Source of the DNA: Candidatus Poseidoniaceae archaeon
GTDB taxonomy: Archaea; Thermoplasmatota; Poseidoniia; Poseidoniales; Poseidoniaceae
NCBI GenBank assembly: GCA_049616955.1
Contig: JBMZIJ010000002.1
Coordinates: 25,972-89,971 of the forward strand
Length of the DNA: 64,000 nucleotides
Direction of reading: 5' to 3'
This document shows, piece by piece, positions 20,048 through 30,775 of this stretch. Every line of letters begins with the position of its first letter. The stretch's first letter is position 1. The position numbers and the translations under genes were made by a program. Below the pieces are notes generated by a model, which saw nothing but the letters and a program-made list of their open reading frames with translations, did not search any database and was not told where the DNA came from.

Positions 20048-21030
20048 GAGAGATCGTTTCGATTAACGGTTGTTTCAGCCATTCCACCATCGAGAACGGT
20101 TAGGACTGCATCGACGATGTCAAGACCAACCCGACGTTGGGCTTCGATTGTTGCAGCACCAATGTGAGGTGTTCCATGAAAATTTTGGTGTTGCAAAAGA
20201 GGTGAAGAAGGGTCAACTGGTTCATGTTCAAACACATCGAGAGCAAGCGAGGAAAGTTGCCCAGATTCTAAGGCTTCAAGAGCAGCATCTTCGTCAACAA
20301 TACCTCCACGAGCACAGTTGACAATGTGATTTCCACACGCAAGATTGAACGGATCAACGCCTGGCATCATCTTGATTCTCTTTTGGTTGATGAGGTGATG
20401 CGTTTCTTCAGTTAGATTGCAGTGAACGGAAATGTGTGTGCATAGTTTGAACAAATTGTCGATGTTCTTGTGCATCGTTACGCCCGCTTTCTTTGCAATT
20501 GAAAGAGGCAGGTAAGGGTCGTAGGAATGTACTTCCATACCAAATGCGCGAGCAACCGCTGCTACCCCTTGGGCAATGCGACCGAATCCGATGAGACCGA
20601 GTCGCTTTCCATAGAGTTCTGTTCCTTTGAGTTCTTTTTTTGCCCAATCTCCGGACCGCAGCGAACGATCTGCACGAGGAATAAATCGAAGTGAAGAAAG
20701 CAAATGACCGACTGTGAGTTCCACGACGCTTTGCGTACTTGCCCTTGGTGCATTGACCACTGGAACACCAATTTTGGAAGCAGCGTCGATGTCAATATTG
20801 TCGACACCGACACCTGCTCGAGCAACGACTTTGAGTCGTGGTTGGCTAACGGCCAACATCTCTTCAGTGATTTTCGTCGCACTGCGGACGATGATAGCAT
20901 CAAATTCAGCAAGTGCTCCTTGAACCAATTGTTGGTGTTCGATGAATTCCTGAACCACCTCGCAACCAGCATTCTCAAGTCTCTTCACAGCTTCTTCAGC
21001 CATCCCGTCGGTGACAGCAACTCTGCGCAT
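20044..21030 (-). CDS. serA: D-isomer-specific 2-hydroxyacid dehydrogenase (D-3-phosphoglycerate dehydrogenase-like, short form)
   Basis: NAD-binding GLIGFGRIAQGVA and the catalytic-domain pattern of the D-2-hydroxyacid dehydrogenase family. 328 aa with no ACT domain. Confidence 0.7.
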   Translation of the reverse strand: MRRVAVTDGMAEEAVKRLENAGCEVVQEFIEHQQLVQGALAEFDAIIVRSATKITEEMLAVSQPRLKVVARAGVGVDNIDIDAASKIGVPVVNAPRASTQSVVELTVGHLLSSLRFIPRADRSLRSGDWAKKELKGTELYGKRLGLIGFGRIAQGVAAVARAFGMEVHSYDPYLPLSIAKKAGVTMHKNIDNLFKLCTHISVHCNLTEETHHLINQKRIKMMPGVDPFNLACGNHIVNCARGGIVDEDAALEALESGQLSSLALDVFEHEPVDPSSPLLQHQNFHGTPHIGAATIEAQRRVGLDIVDAVLTVLDGGMAETTVNRNDLS

Positions 21031-21130
21031 GCTTCAAGCACGTCAATGAGGCGTTAGAACATTGGGTTTGTACTGGATTCTTCACAATGGATTGATAGGA
21101 AGGGTAAATCTGGATAGTTTCGGTGAGCCT

Positions 21131-22276
21131 ATGGCAGCAGAGATTGATGTCCAATCACTGATATGGGCACTCGGCATCCTCGCAGTGCCTGTCTTGACGG
21201 CCATTCCGCTCAGATTTATTTGGCAATATTGGATTGGTGGTAGCCACGAAGAATCAGAATACAGAACCACCGTACGACAAATTATTGATTCTGGTCGCCA
21301 ACTCGAAAGTTACAGGAATTCACTCAACGATGTCGCTAGAAGTCTGAGAATTACCCCCTCACGGCAACGATTGATTGAAGCAGATATTTTGAACCCCCTT
21401 TCCATCTCACACTTTCTCATTTTACCTGCATTGATCATCTTCCCACTTGCCTTCATTGTTGCACTTCCAGTAATGCTCGTCGGCCTACCTGTCATTCTTC
21501 TCGTTGAATTTGTACTCATACGACAACGCATTCTCATTCGAATCATGAGTCTCATTGAACGGAGTATGCATTGGCAAATTATTCACATTCCACAAGCACA
21601 TCGTGGAAGTCCTGCACAAGAACGGAACTATACCGAATTTTCACAACACATTGAACACTTTCACAAAGTACCGCGAGGTGTTTTTCTTGGACTGTTTGCT
21701 TATCTCATCGTTCATTGGATTTTCAAATTGGACAACTTTGGAACCGAAATCATTCTTTCCTCACTTTTGTACATCGCATTGCTCGCATTGGTCGGAGTAT
21801 TATCCACCGCCTTTGAAACAGACCTGGTCTTTGTCGATCCTTCCAAGGGACGATTAATCCCGATCGACCAATGGGTTGAATCGCTTCTCAAGCCCCTTGT
21901 CGGCGTTGGTTTGGTTTTCCTTCTTGGCCGGGATCTCCTCGAAGAAGCACGGGGAGGCAACGCCGCATTGTTTGCAACAACCTTCCTTGCTATTCTCTAT
22001 GGAGCAGCAATCGTTGGAATTGCTTACCAATGGGGATATTCATCATGGCGAGGTCGAAAAGTTCAGCGTTCGTTTGAACAACAAGTCATCGAAACACTCG
22101 ATCCTCTCTCCTACGATTTGACCCGTAGTAAGGGACGTATCGAATTCATTGTCAGAAAGCCAATGGCTGAACGTTTGCAAGAAATTGAGGAAATCCATAC
22201 CGGACAACTGACCTTTGAAGACCTTGAATCGATGCCGAGTAGTGCACCAAAGGAAGCACCGCAGAACCCACTCTAA
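21131..22276 (+). CDS. Hypothetical polytopic membrane protein
   Basis: Multiple hydrophobic helices. Start moved to the ATG at 21131 to leave room for the divergent serA promoter. Confidence 0.4.
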   Translation: MAAEIDVQSLIWALGILAVPVLTAIPLRFIWQYWIGGSHEESEYRTTVRQIIDSGRQLESYRNSLNDVARSLRITPSRQRLIEADILNPLSISHFLILPALIIFPLAFIVALPVMLVGLPVILLVEFVLIRQRILIRIMSLIERSMHWQIIHIPQAHRGSPAQERNYTEFSQHIEHFHKVPRGVFLGLFAYLIVHWIFKLDNFGTEIILSSLLYIALLALVGVLSTAFETDLVFVDPSKGRLIPIDQWVESLLKPLVGVGLVFLLGRDLLEEARGGNAALFATTFLAILYGAAIVGIAYQWGYSSWRGRKVQRSFEQQVIETLDPLSYDLTRSKGRIEFIVRKPMAERLQEIEEIHTGQLTFEDLESMPSSAPKEAPQNPL

Positions 22277-24807
22277 TCTTCGATAAGTTCCGCATCAATC
22301 GATGTTGATACCAAGAGTTTGGGTTCATCGGTTCGCGAAGAACGAACAAGATACCCAATTCCGATAGCACTCAAAAGAACAAACAAAAAGAAGAAGCTTG
22401 CAGCTCCAAAATAATCGGAGAACAAATCACCAAGTGCTGAAAAGAATCCTTCATCACCAGTATCCGTAACGGTAACTTTGGGTTGGATGAGATCAACAAC
22501 AGCTTGTTGGTCGTAAACAGGACGGGTAAACGTCAACATGCCATCGTAATCTGAATCATAAGCATCTGAAGGAGCGGCTGGATCAAGGTCGGAATAGAAG
22601 TCCGGCCGTTGTTCAATCGAAATGTCCACAGGTTCACTCAAATCGAGCGTTAACGTCACATCGACCGTATACGGAATTCGTGATTCAAAGAATTCAGGAT
22701 CGTTGAGAATGCCAAGGAATGTGAACGCTTGCCCGGTTACGTCAAAATGCGCCCATGAATTCCAATGCGAAGATTCAACATCCAAATCACAAATCCATGC
22801 GTCAGATACTCGACTGCACGAACCTTGAGCGTCATTGCTCCCATCTTCTCCGAGATCAATTTCGAGCTGTAAAGCGCCACCTTGAGCCGTATCCAAATCA
22901 AACTCAGTAGGTACGAATCGAGCTTCCATTTGTGTTGTTCCGTTCGGTATCCAAACATAGTGGGAATCTTCGGTATAGTATACAGCACCTGTTGCCCCGT
23001 TGTTGAAGTGGTTCCAATCGCCCTTCCAACTGTGACTGACACGGTCGGTATTGACGGGAATTGAGGCTTCAACCATCATGGATTCATAGATGTCCCATGC
23101 ATCCCAGACCGTGTACTCAGGGTGGTCAACGAAGCCATCACCATCTTGGTCACGCATTAATTGAAGCGTTCGTGCCAACGCCATGGCAGCATCAACATCA
23201 GTTAGTCCATGCCCGATTCGCCAGTCATGGCATTCACCTGTTGCTGAACGATAACATTCAGCAGGGATATCGTTGCATGAATCTTCACTGTTTCCATCCT
23301 CACATGAATTCGCCATTCCTTCGTATCGTGCCGTGAGTTCAAGAATCAGTTCAAGTTCATGAACTCGGGAATAATTTGCAGTGTCCCAATCTTCAAACTG
23401 ACCGTATGCTGCAGTTCCCTCGCCTCCTACGAGACTGTCTCCTTCATCATGATCCTCGCGATGGTAATCTGCAACACCCAGTGAAGGAGCGATGTCGAGG
23501 ATAACACCGGCCATACCACCGACGTGTGGAGTGGCCATTGAAGTTCCCGAGATGGCCATGTAGTACAGGTCTCCTTGCGTTCGTGTGCTTGCGTCAATCG
23601 CAGTACCACGAGGGGCAGTTGCCCAAATGTCTCGTCCAGGGGCGCCGACATCTGGCCACGTGTGTTGCTGATTCATGCAGCCACGAGAAGAGAAAGAGGT
23701 CACTTGTGTACCATCGTGTGTGAGCGCTGCTACGGATATTGCCGAGGGTGTGTTGGCATACACGTTGGTTCTCAAATCGCCACCACATTCGCCGCCACCA
23801 CCGGAACCGCCTGAATTTGAGGCTGCAAAAATTACAGCAACACCATTGTCAAACGTCAATTTGTCTGTTATGGTAGCGATGGCGCCGTTTGGGTCGTAGT
23901 CCCCATCGGTTCCCCAAGAATTGGAAACGACACGGATGTGATACGGGTTTTGGGAAGGTACGGAATGTTCGTATGTCCACTCCAAGCCTTGTTCTGCTGC
24001 GAAAATTGATGCACCATCACCGGTTCCGAGTGCAACCATTTGTCCACCTTTCGCAACCCCTGCCCTTCGGCCAGCAGAGGCATCGCCATTGCCTGCGATG
24101 GTACCTCCGACGTGCGTACCGTGTCCGGAAGAAGTGTCAGAATTTCGAGTCTCAGTCCACACACCGTTCCATTTTGCCGAATAGATGACTTTCTCTCCAG
24201 TCCATGGCTCGAGATAATCGAAGTCGGGATGACCCGCATCAACACCGGTATCAAGGTCAACAATTGCCGTTCCATCGCCATCCCATTCCGTGAACGCATT
24301 GTCCGTTTCGAAGAGAACATTCCCATCAACATCGATGATAGCTCTGTGCCAAGCATCTGTGGCACGAACGATGTGTGTTGTTTCATGCATCATGATGGAA
24401 GGATCGGTTGGATCACCACCCCAGTCTGGAGGAAGATAAAAGAAATCCAACTCACGATTGAGTTCAAGATACTCAATTCGATCCCAGTTTGAAAGTTTGC
24501 GTAGTACATCAGTGGGTGCTTCAATCAAACCACCATCGATCAATTTTGCTTCATGGAGATGGGTTGCGCCAACCTTTGAGAGATACGCCAAGTCTCTGTC
24601 TGTTACTGGAGAATTCAGTTGAAAGATGACCTCAAACGATTCATCGACTCGCTCAGCAGATTGAAGCGCTGACTCAAGAGCGCTGTCCATTTTGCTTACG
24701 TCACCATACGGATTGGTTCCTTGCACAAGTGGCGAAGTTAACGAAAGTAAGAATACCAGTTGAAGGAAAAAAACCAAATGGATTTTCTTACGTTGCCTTT
24801 TGGACAT
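22273..24807 (-). CDS. Subtilisin-like serine protease (S8), with signal peptide and C-terminal TM anchor
   Basis: Catalytic triad contexts VDLDTGVDAGHPDF (Asp), HGTHVGGTIAGNG (His) and GTSMATPHVGGMAGVI (Ser). N-terminus MSKRQRKKIHLVFFLQLVFLL is a signal peptide. C-terminal hydrophobic FFFLFVLLSAIGIGYLV. Confidence 0.8.
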   Translation of the reverse strand: MSKRQRKKIHLVFFLQLVFLLSLTSPLVQGTNPYGDVSKMDSALESALQSAERVDESFEVIFQLNSPVTDRDLAYLSKVGATHLHEAKLIDGGLIEAPTDVLRKLSNWDRIEYLELNRELDFFYLPPDWGGDPTDPSIMMHETTHIVRATDAWHRAIIDVDGNVLFETDNAFTEWDGDGTAIVDLDTGVDAGHPDFDYLEPWTGEKVIYSAKWNGVWTETRNSDTSSGHGTHVGGTIAGNGDASAGRRAGVAKGGQMVALGTGDGASIFAAEQGLEWTYEHSVPSQNPYHIRVVSNSWGTDGDYDPNGAIATITDKLTFDNGVAVIFAASNSGGSGGGGECGGDLRTNVYANTPSAISVAALTHDGTQVTSFSSRGCMNQQHTWPDVGAPGRDIWATAPRGTAIDASTRTQGDLYYMAISGTSMATPHVGGMAGVILDIAPSLGVADYHREDHDEGDSLVGGEGTAAYGQFEDWDTANYSRVHELELILELTARYEGMANSCEDGNSEDSCNDIPAECYRSATGECHDWRIGHGLTDVDAAMALARTLQLMRDQDGDGFVDHPEYTVWDAWDIYESMMVEASIPVNTDRVSHSWKGDWNHFNNGATGAVYYTEDSHYVWIPNGTTQMEARFVPTEFDLDTAQGGALQLEIDLGEDGSNDAQGSCSRVSDAWICDLDVESSHWNSWAHFDVTGQAFTFLGILNDPEFFESRIPYTVDVTLTLDLSEPVDISIEQRPDFYSDLDPAAPSDAYDSDYDGMLTFTRPVYDQQAVVDLIQPKVTVTDTGDEGFFSALGDLFSDYFGAASFFFLFVLLSAIGIGYLVRSSRTDEPKLLVSTSIDAELIED

Positions 24808-24845
24808 AAACCGACCACACGAAGGCACTTCAAATGTGTTTGCAC

Positions 24846-25553
24846 TTACTGTGAGAGCCATGGAATCTCGTCAGGAATTTCAGCGAACAGATTTGCTGGA
24901 AGTGCTGTTTTGATTTTCGATACAGAGCCAAGTTGTTCGGCTGTTTTGGTTTGCCATTCAACAAATTGGTCAAAACTCGTCATCATCAGGATGGGGTTGT
25001 GGAGGCGATTCCATCCCAACGTTTGCAATTCTGTACCAGGTGGTTCATGACCACTGCAAACGAGAACATCATCGGGTAAATTCGAGAGTGATTGAATGGA
25101 ATCCCAGTGTTCCTTCAAGCGTCCACTCGGCAGGTCATCTCTCCCAACACCTGCGTTTCCATTGAACAAAAAGTCACCTGTGAAGATATGCCCCTCGACA
25201 CGGATAATCATCGAGTCACTCGTGTGGCCTGGCACGTACTGGAAGGAGTATTCAACACCAGCAATCGTAAGCGATGAGGTTTCATCGACATAATCCGTAA
25301 CACCAAGTGAAGCAGTATCCTTCCACATGTAAAACGGGATTTCTCTCTCTTGTGAGAGGGTGAAGCATGCTGTAATATGATCAGCATGGGTATGGGTCGC
25401 CATGCATGCTACAAGTTCAAGTCCACGTTGTCCTAAGACGGATTCGTAATGCTGGATGTAATCCCATACAGGATCGATAAGTACTGCTTGTCCGTCGTTT
25501 GCAACAAGATATGTGCAGGCCCAACCCTCTGGCCGAATGTCCTCAACTTGCAT
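24846..25553 (-). CDS. MBL-fold metallo-hydrolase
   Basis: HTHADH (HxHxDH) motif. 235 aa. Confidence 0.7.
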   Translation of the reverse strand: MQVEDIRPEGWACTYLVANDGQAVLIDPVWDYIQHYESVLGQRGLELVACMATHTHADHITACFTLSQEREIPFYMWKDTASLGVTDYVDETSSLTIAGVEYSFQYVPGHTSDSMIIRVEGHIFTGDFLFNGNAGVGRDDLPSGRLKEHWDSIQSLSNLPDDVLVCSGHEPPGTELQTLGWNRLHNPILMMTSFDQFVEWQTKTAEQLGSVSKIKTALPANLFAEIPDEIPWLSQ

Positions 25554-25630
25554 GGTTAGGCGTACACAAGGTTCTACTTCAACTCATTCTCTCAAAGACG
25601 AGGCTTGATGAGGGACGACAACGAGCGCTA

Positions 25631-26356
25631 TACATGCACCCACAGAACGTTGTCTATCTTGAGCACGACGGGAAACTTCTGTTGGTCGACCAGAACGGCA
25701 CTGGACCTCAAGATTGCGTCATGGGGCGACAAGAATCTGATGTTTGGCTACGCTTTCCTACCCCAGACGAAGTTGAACAATATGGAATTGAATGGGTTGA
25801 AGAACGTCACACTGACATTCGATTTGGTGGCGAAATCTACACTGTGATTCATGGTTCACCGCTCATTGATTGGCCAGAACACTGGACTTGGAAGGACAAG
25901 GTCATTTCTGATAACGCAGTTCACCCCGTTGCTCGTGAAGCAGTTTATCGTTCCATTCACCGCCTGGTTTCAAAGGCCATTGTTCGCAATCAATCGGATC
26001 AAATTCTCATGGTCAAAGTGGAACGTGGATTTTTCAAAGGGTATTGGGGTCTACCTGGAGGATACATGAACCACAGCGAGGAACCCGCTGAAGGATGTGT
26101 CCGAGAAACACAGGAAGAACTTGGCATAACCGTTGAGTTGGAACAACGAAAACCTGTCATCACACAACGTTCGTTTTTCCGTGATGGAGTGTCCTTTGTA
26201 AGTTTCACATATTGTGGACGATGGGATGGTTCCATTGAAGAATTGAAACTCAAAGAAGGAGAAATTGAGGAGGCATCATGGTTTTCTCTCGAAGAAGCAA
26301 TCGCAAGCGCAGCTTCTGAATTCGATCGAATCGCCCTCGAGTCGCTTCAAGATTGA
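25631..26356 (+). CDS. NUDIX hydrolase
   Basis: Nudix box GYWGLPGGYMNHSEEPAEGCVRETQEELGI. Start uncertain: earlier in-frame ATGs would overlap the divergent MBL gene. Confidence 0.65.
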   Translation, partial: YMHPQNVVYLEHDGKLLLVDQNGTGPQDCVMGRQESDVWLRFPTPDEVEQYGIEWVEERHTDIRFGGEIYTVIHGSPLIDWPEHWTWKDKVISDNAVHPVAREAVYRSIHRLVSKAIVRNQSDQILMVKVERGFFKGYWGLPGGYMNHSEEPAEGCVRETQEELGITVELEQRKPVITQRSFFRDGVSFVSFTYCGRWDGSIEELKLKEGEIEEASWFSLEEAIASAASEFDRIALESLQD

Positions 26357-29301
26357 ATAAGTTCTTTCGCAGCATTCAATGCTTCATCAAGGCCAGTGGC
26401 ATCCGAACCGCCACCTTGCGCCATTGTTGGTCGCCCACCACCGCCACCCTTGATGTGCGGGATGATGGCACGGAGAATCTCGACGGCGTTGTATCGCTCA
26501 GCAGCGATGGTGTTCTCGGTGCATGCGACCATGATTTTTCCACCACCTTCTTTGGATCCCAAAATGGCCAAAGTTGGGTTCTGAGCATCCCTGGTGAGTT
26601 CCTGCAACATTGAGGTGAGTTGTTTCAAATTCCCTTCAACCTCCATGATGACGACACGTACACCATCTACTGATGTGGAATCATCACCGCCACCTGATGT
26701 GCGTAATCGCACAATTTCTGCCTCAAGTTGTTCTATTCGCTTTCGCTGCTCCTTCCATTCTGAGAAAAATCGCTCAGCCGTTTTTGGAAGATCTTCCGAG
26801 GAAACAGCAAATGTTTGAGATGTAGCACGAAGAAGTTCGTCCTGTTCTCGAGCAAATTTCAATGCAGATTCACCTGCTACGATGTGAAGGCGTTCAACGC
26901 CATCTTGGACCGCAGTTGAACGAACGACACGAATCGATCCGATTTGTCCAGGTTCATCGTGATGCGTTCCTCCACATGCTTGAACATCGTGATCTGAAAT
27001 CCTTAGGACGCGAATTTCGTTTCCTTTTGGCGCCCCACCTTGATACAGATCGAAGCCATGTTTTTTGTCCGCTTCATGACGTGGGAGGATGGTCTTCTCA
27101 GTTCGAGAAACCTGTCCAAGGACTTCGTTGGCTAAGATTTCAATGGCGTCCAAATCATCTCTTGTCAATCGACGATAATGTGTGATATCAAGGCGAGCAA
27201 GTTCCATTGATTTGTTTGCTCCTGCTTGGTAAATGTGAGGACCAAGAATACGACGTGCAGCACCACCAACAATATGTACGGCAGTGTGATGATCCATCAG
27301 TTGTTTTCGTCGGCGCCAATCGATTGCTCCGTGAACAAGATCTCCGATGTTCAGCGAACCATCGCACAAATGCAAAATGAGATCGCCCTCTTTTTGCGTA
27401 TCCAAAACTTGACAAGAGGTTCCATCCGTGGTAAGTGAACCGTAGTCACCTTCTTGTCCACCTCCCTCAGGATAAAAGCAAGACTCAGACAGTACAATGG
27501 CATGTGTTGCACCCTCTGGACCAGCACCTTCGGCAAGTGGGATTGAAGCCAAGACACTCGCATCAAACGTTCGTTGCTGAACATCGTTGTAATACAGAGG
27601 AATGGTTTCTGGCAATGAAGGCAATTCCTTCACCAATGATGATTGTTGGGTTGTTGCAGCAGCAGCCTTGGCCATCTTGGCATGACGTTCAGCCATTTCT
27701 GCTGAAAATCCTGTACGGAGACGCAGATGTGTCCATCCACTCTTCTGTGCCATGTTGATGACCATGTCTGGTGGTAGACCATGCGAATCGTTGAGTTGGA
27801 AAAGCAGTTCATCAGGCAATTGTTCCTCGTTTTTATCGATGGATTTCAGAGATTGATTAATGAGATTTGTTCCTTTTCTCAACACTTCACTGTACCGCTC
27901 TTCTTCCAAATTCATGATGGTCAACAAACCATCTCGAGTCTGTTTCATATCATGTCCAATCATGTTGACATCGAGATGGTGATGAATTAATTCTGATAGC
28001 GACACGTCGAGACCAAGATCGTCTCGCATTCGCAAAATGCGTCGCGCTAACATCCTTGCGAGATATCCAGCTTTTGCGTTGGAGGGAACGAGACCATCAC
28101 CGAGCATATGTGTAAGGGCATGCAAATGATCTGGAATTGCATAAATTCTTGACAACGGTTCGGTGATGGCTAAGAATTGCTCTTGGGTCAAATTGACACC
28201 CCGCTCAGCGAGTCGTGCAATGAATATCTGGGACAATTCGTCTGCATCGACACCCGGTTCGATGTTCATGATTCCGTTGAGTCGACTCATCTCACCAAGC
28301 AGACGGTCTAAATCGAGATCCGGCCATTGTGATGCGACTTTCGCAAAACCAGAGATGTCTTTCAGCCACTCAACGGTTTCTGGATAAATGGCTTCATAGA
28401 TCGTTGGCGTTCCTGCTGCCGCCCAACAAAACCGCTCTAAACCGTAGCCTGTATCGATGATTTGCAACGGCATTTCCTTGTACCGATCCCCCTTGAGCTC
28501 AATATCCCCATCTTCGGACTCTTCAAGATTCATGAAAACAAGAGTCGCCAATTCGAGCCCACCGACAATAACCTCAACCGCTGGCCCTGCATTTCCTCCA
28601 CCGCACCAAGGATTTTCGACATAGGTAATCTCTTTGTCTGAAATACCAAAGGTATCTGTAAGCATTGAGTGGCAAAACGCAACACATTCTTCCATCCAAT
28701 AATACATTTCACCCTTGTCAGGGCGATTGAACACATGGTGAGCCATCATCTCAAATGTGGTTAAGTGGCGACCCGAACGACCAACTGCATCAACGTCAGT
28801 CAATCGAATACAGGGTTGGGATATCGTGAGTGGATTTGCGGGCGGTGCAACCTGTCCAGATGTGACATGTGGTTGGAAATCAGCAATTGACGCAATGGTG
28901 AGATGAATGTCATCCCGCCAGCGGGCAAGAACCGGATAGGGTTCAACACGATGATGATCGTGTGTTTCAAAAAACGAGAGGAAGGCCTCACGCATTGCAT
29001 CCTTCAGCTCGCGACCCCGTTGCTCAAATCCTTCAATCAGTGGCTTTCCAATGAACGTGTATTCATCTTCATGTGTATCTCCACACGTAGTCCGCTCATC
29101 ATCGCAGGTCCAAAACCACAGGTCTGTGATGCTGCATTGTCGACGAACGTAACCATTGTCATGGAATACTGCCAAGTCAATTGGGGGTAGACTCAAACCA
29201 ACGCCTCCAGTTCTCGGGTGGTTGTCCGTCCTTTCAACCCTCGCTTTCAATATCGAAGAAAAGTGGAAATCATCAAATGAAAGATGTTGAACGACAACCA
29301 T
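26347..29301 (-). CDS. alaS: Alanyl-tRNA synthetase, archaeal type
   Basis: N-terminal FHDNGYVRRQC…WTCDDERTTCGDTHEDEYTFIGKP, editing-domain HHTAVHIV…H, ACGGTH, and C-terminal GGGGGR. ATG at 29301. Confidence 0.9.
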   Translation of the reverse strand: MVVVQHLSFDDFHFSSILKARVERTDNHPRTGGVGLSLPPIDLAVFHDNGYVRRQCSITDLWFWTCDDERTTCGDTHEDEYTFIGKPLIEGFEQRGRELKDAMREAFLSFFETHDHHRVEPYPVLARWRDDIHLTIASIADFQPHVTSGQVAPPANPLTISQPCIRLTDVDAVGRSGRHLTTFEMMAHHVFNRPDKGEMYYWMEECVAFCHSMLTDTFGISDKEITYVENPWCGGGNAGPAVEVIVGGLELATLVFMNLEESEDGDIELKGDRYKEMPLQIIDTGYGLERFCWAAAGTPTIYEAIYPETVEWLKDISGFAKVASQWPDLDLDRLLGEMSRLNGIMNIEPGVDADELSQIFIARLAERGVNLTQEQFLAITEPLSRIYAIPDHLHALTHMLGDGLVPSNAKAGYLARMLARRILRMRDDLGLDVSLSELIHHHLDVNMIGHDMKQTRDGLLTIMNLEEERYSEVLRKGTNLINQSLKSIDKNEEQLPDELLFQLNDSHGLPPDMVINMAQKSGWTHLRLRTGFSAEMAERHAKMAKAAAATTQQSSLVKELPSLPETIPLYYNDVQQRTFDASVLASIPLAEGAGPEGATHAIVLSESCFYPEGGGQEGDYGSLTTDGTSCQVLDTQKEGDLILHLCDGSLNIGDLVHGAIDWRRRKQLMDHHTAVHIVGGAARRILGPHIYQAGANKSMELARLDITHYRRLTRDDLDAIEILANEVLGQVSRTEKTILPRHEADKKHGFDLYQGGAPKGNEIRVLRISDHDVQACGGTHHDEPGQIGSIRVVRSTAVQDGVERLHIVAGESALKFAREQDELLRATSQTFAVSSEDLPKTAERFFSEWKEQRKRIEQLEAEIVRLRTSGGGDDSTSVDGVRVVIMEVEGNLKQLTSMLQELTRDAQNPTLAILGSKEGGGKIMVACTENTIAAERYNAVEILRAIIPHIKGGGGGRPTMAQGGGSDATGLDEALNAAKELIQS

Positions 29302-30775
29302 GGGTGCTGAATGGGCCAAACACGTCGACTTGTCGTCGCCGGGGGTTGTTCGTATCAAAGCCCACAATCGCATGAAAGTCGATGCTGCAATCATTTCAAC
29401 CATGGAAGAGATCGAGAAGTATCAGGATGGTCGAGGGCCAATCCAACTCATGAACGCAACCGAACTCCCCGGTGTTGTCGGCACCGCTTGGGGAATGGCA
29501 GATTGGCATTATGGCTACGGACTGCCGATTGGAGGCGTTGTTGCAACCGATGTCGAACATGGCGAGCAGGGTGGTGCAATCTCTCCGGGTGCAGTCGGAT
29601 TTGACATTAATTGTGGCGTACGGGCAGTCGCGCTAAATTTGGAAGCGAGCGACATACCAAATCTAGAGAAATTGGCACGCCGTCTCAATGGCCGGATACC
29701 TGCCGGAGGTTCCGGAAAAGGGGGGATTGATCTAACGGAATCAAAATTAGATTTGATTCTACAAGGCGGCCTAAATGAATTGGAATCAATCGACGTCGTT
29801 CAGCATCACGCTCGTGGCACCGTTGAGTCTGATGGATCCTTTGAGGTTGAAGATCTAACGATTAGCCATCGAGCAAAGCAACGTGGAATGAGAGCCCTTG
29901 GCACCTTAGGAAGTGGAAATCACTTCCTGGAACTTCAACGCGTATCAGAAATCGTCGATAGTGATACAGCTCGAAAATGGAAATTGTCAGAGAATCAAGT
30001 CGTAGCAATGATTCACTCGGGTTCACGAGGATTAGGCCATCAAGTCTGCAGTGACCACATTCATGAATTGGAATTACGTTTGAAACAACGAGGGAATGAT
30101 TGGGTCGATGAGGAATGGGGATACGTTCTCCCTGACAGACAACTCGCATCGGCACCAATCCACTCCAAGCAGGGGCAATCTTATCTGAACGACATGAAAA
30201 CTGCGGCTAACTATGCATTTACGAACCGAGCCGTTTTGACAGATCGATTGTTCAATGGACTAAAAGCCGAACTAGGTGAAGAAATTGAACTGTCAACCCT
30301 CTACGATGTGTCCCATAACATCGCAAAAATCGAAGAACACGTCATTCACGGGAAACGATGCACATGTGCCGTTCACCGAAAAGGGGCAACAAGAGCATTC
30401 AGTGGTGACCATCATGACGTGCATGAATCCTTCCGAACAACTGGTCAACCTGTTGTGGTACCTGGTGACATGGGACGTGGCTCATGGTTGATGGCTGGAC
30501 CACAGGTTCAGCAAAATCAAGCCTTTGGAAGCGCATGTCATGGTGCTGGGCGCGCACTTTCACGTTCAGCCGCTCGACAACGAATCGATGCTGAAGGGAA
30601 GGAAAGTGAATTGCGAAGAAAGGGGATTATCGTTCAAGCCGCAACGAAGAATATTCTTTCTGAGGAAGCTCCAGAAGCGTACAAGGATGTCGATCGAGTC
30701 ATTGAGAACACCAGCAAAGCCAATCTAGCAAGACCTGTTTTGCGTCTTGAACCAATGGCTGTGATCAAAGGATAA
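29300..30775 (+). CDS. rtcB: RtcB RNA-splicing ligase
   Basis: MADWHYGYGLPIGGV, DINCGVR, GSGNHF and CHGAGR metal/GTP-binding motifs. 491 aa, no intein. Confidence 0.9.
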   Translation: MGAEWAKHVDLSSPGVVRIKAHNRMKVDAAIISTMEEIEKYQDGRGPIQLMNATELPGVVGTAWGMADWHYGYGLPIGGVVATDVEHGEQGGAISPGAVGFDINCGVRAVALNLEASDIPNLEKLARRLNGRIPAGGSGKGGIDLTESKLDLILQGGLNELESIDVVQHHARGTVESDGSFEVEDLTISHRAKQRGMRALGTLGSGNHFLELQRVSEIVDSDTARKWKLSENQVVAMIHSGSRGLGHQVCSDHIHELELRLKQRGNDWVDEEWGYVLPDRQLASAPIHSKQGQSYLNDMKTAANYAFTNRAVLTDRLFNGLKAELGEEIELSTLYDVSHNIAKIEEHVIHGKRCTCAVHRKGATRAFSGDHHDVHESFRTTGQPVVVPGDMGRGSWLMAGPQVQQNQAFGSACHGAGRALSRSAARQRIDAEGKESELRRKGIIVQAATKNILSEEAPEAYKDVDRVIENTSKANLARPVLRLEPMAVIKG

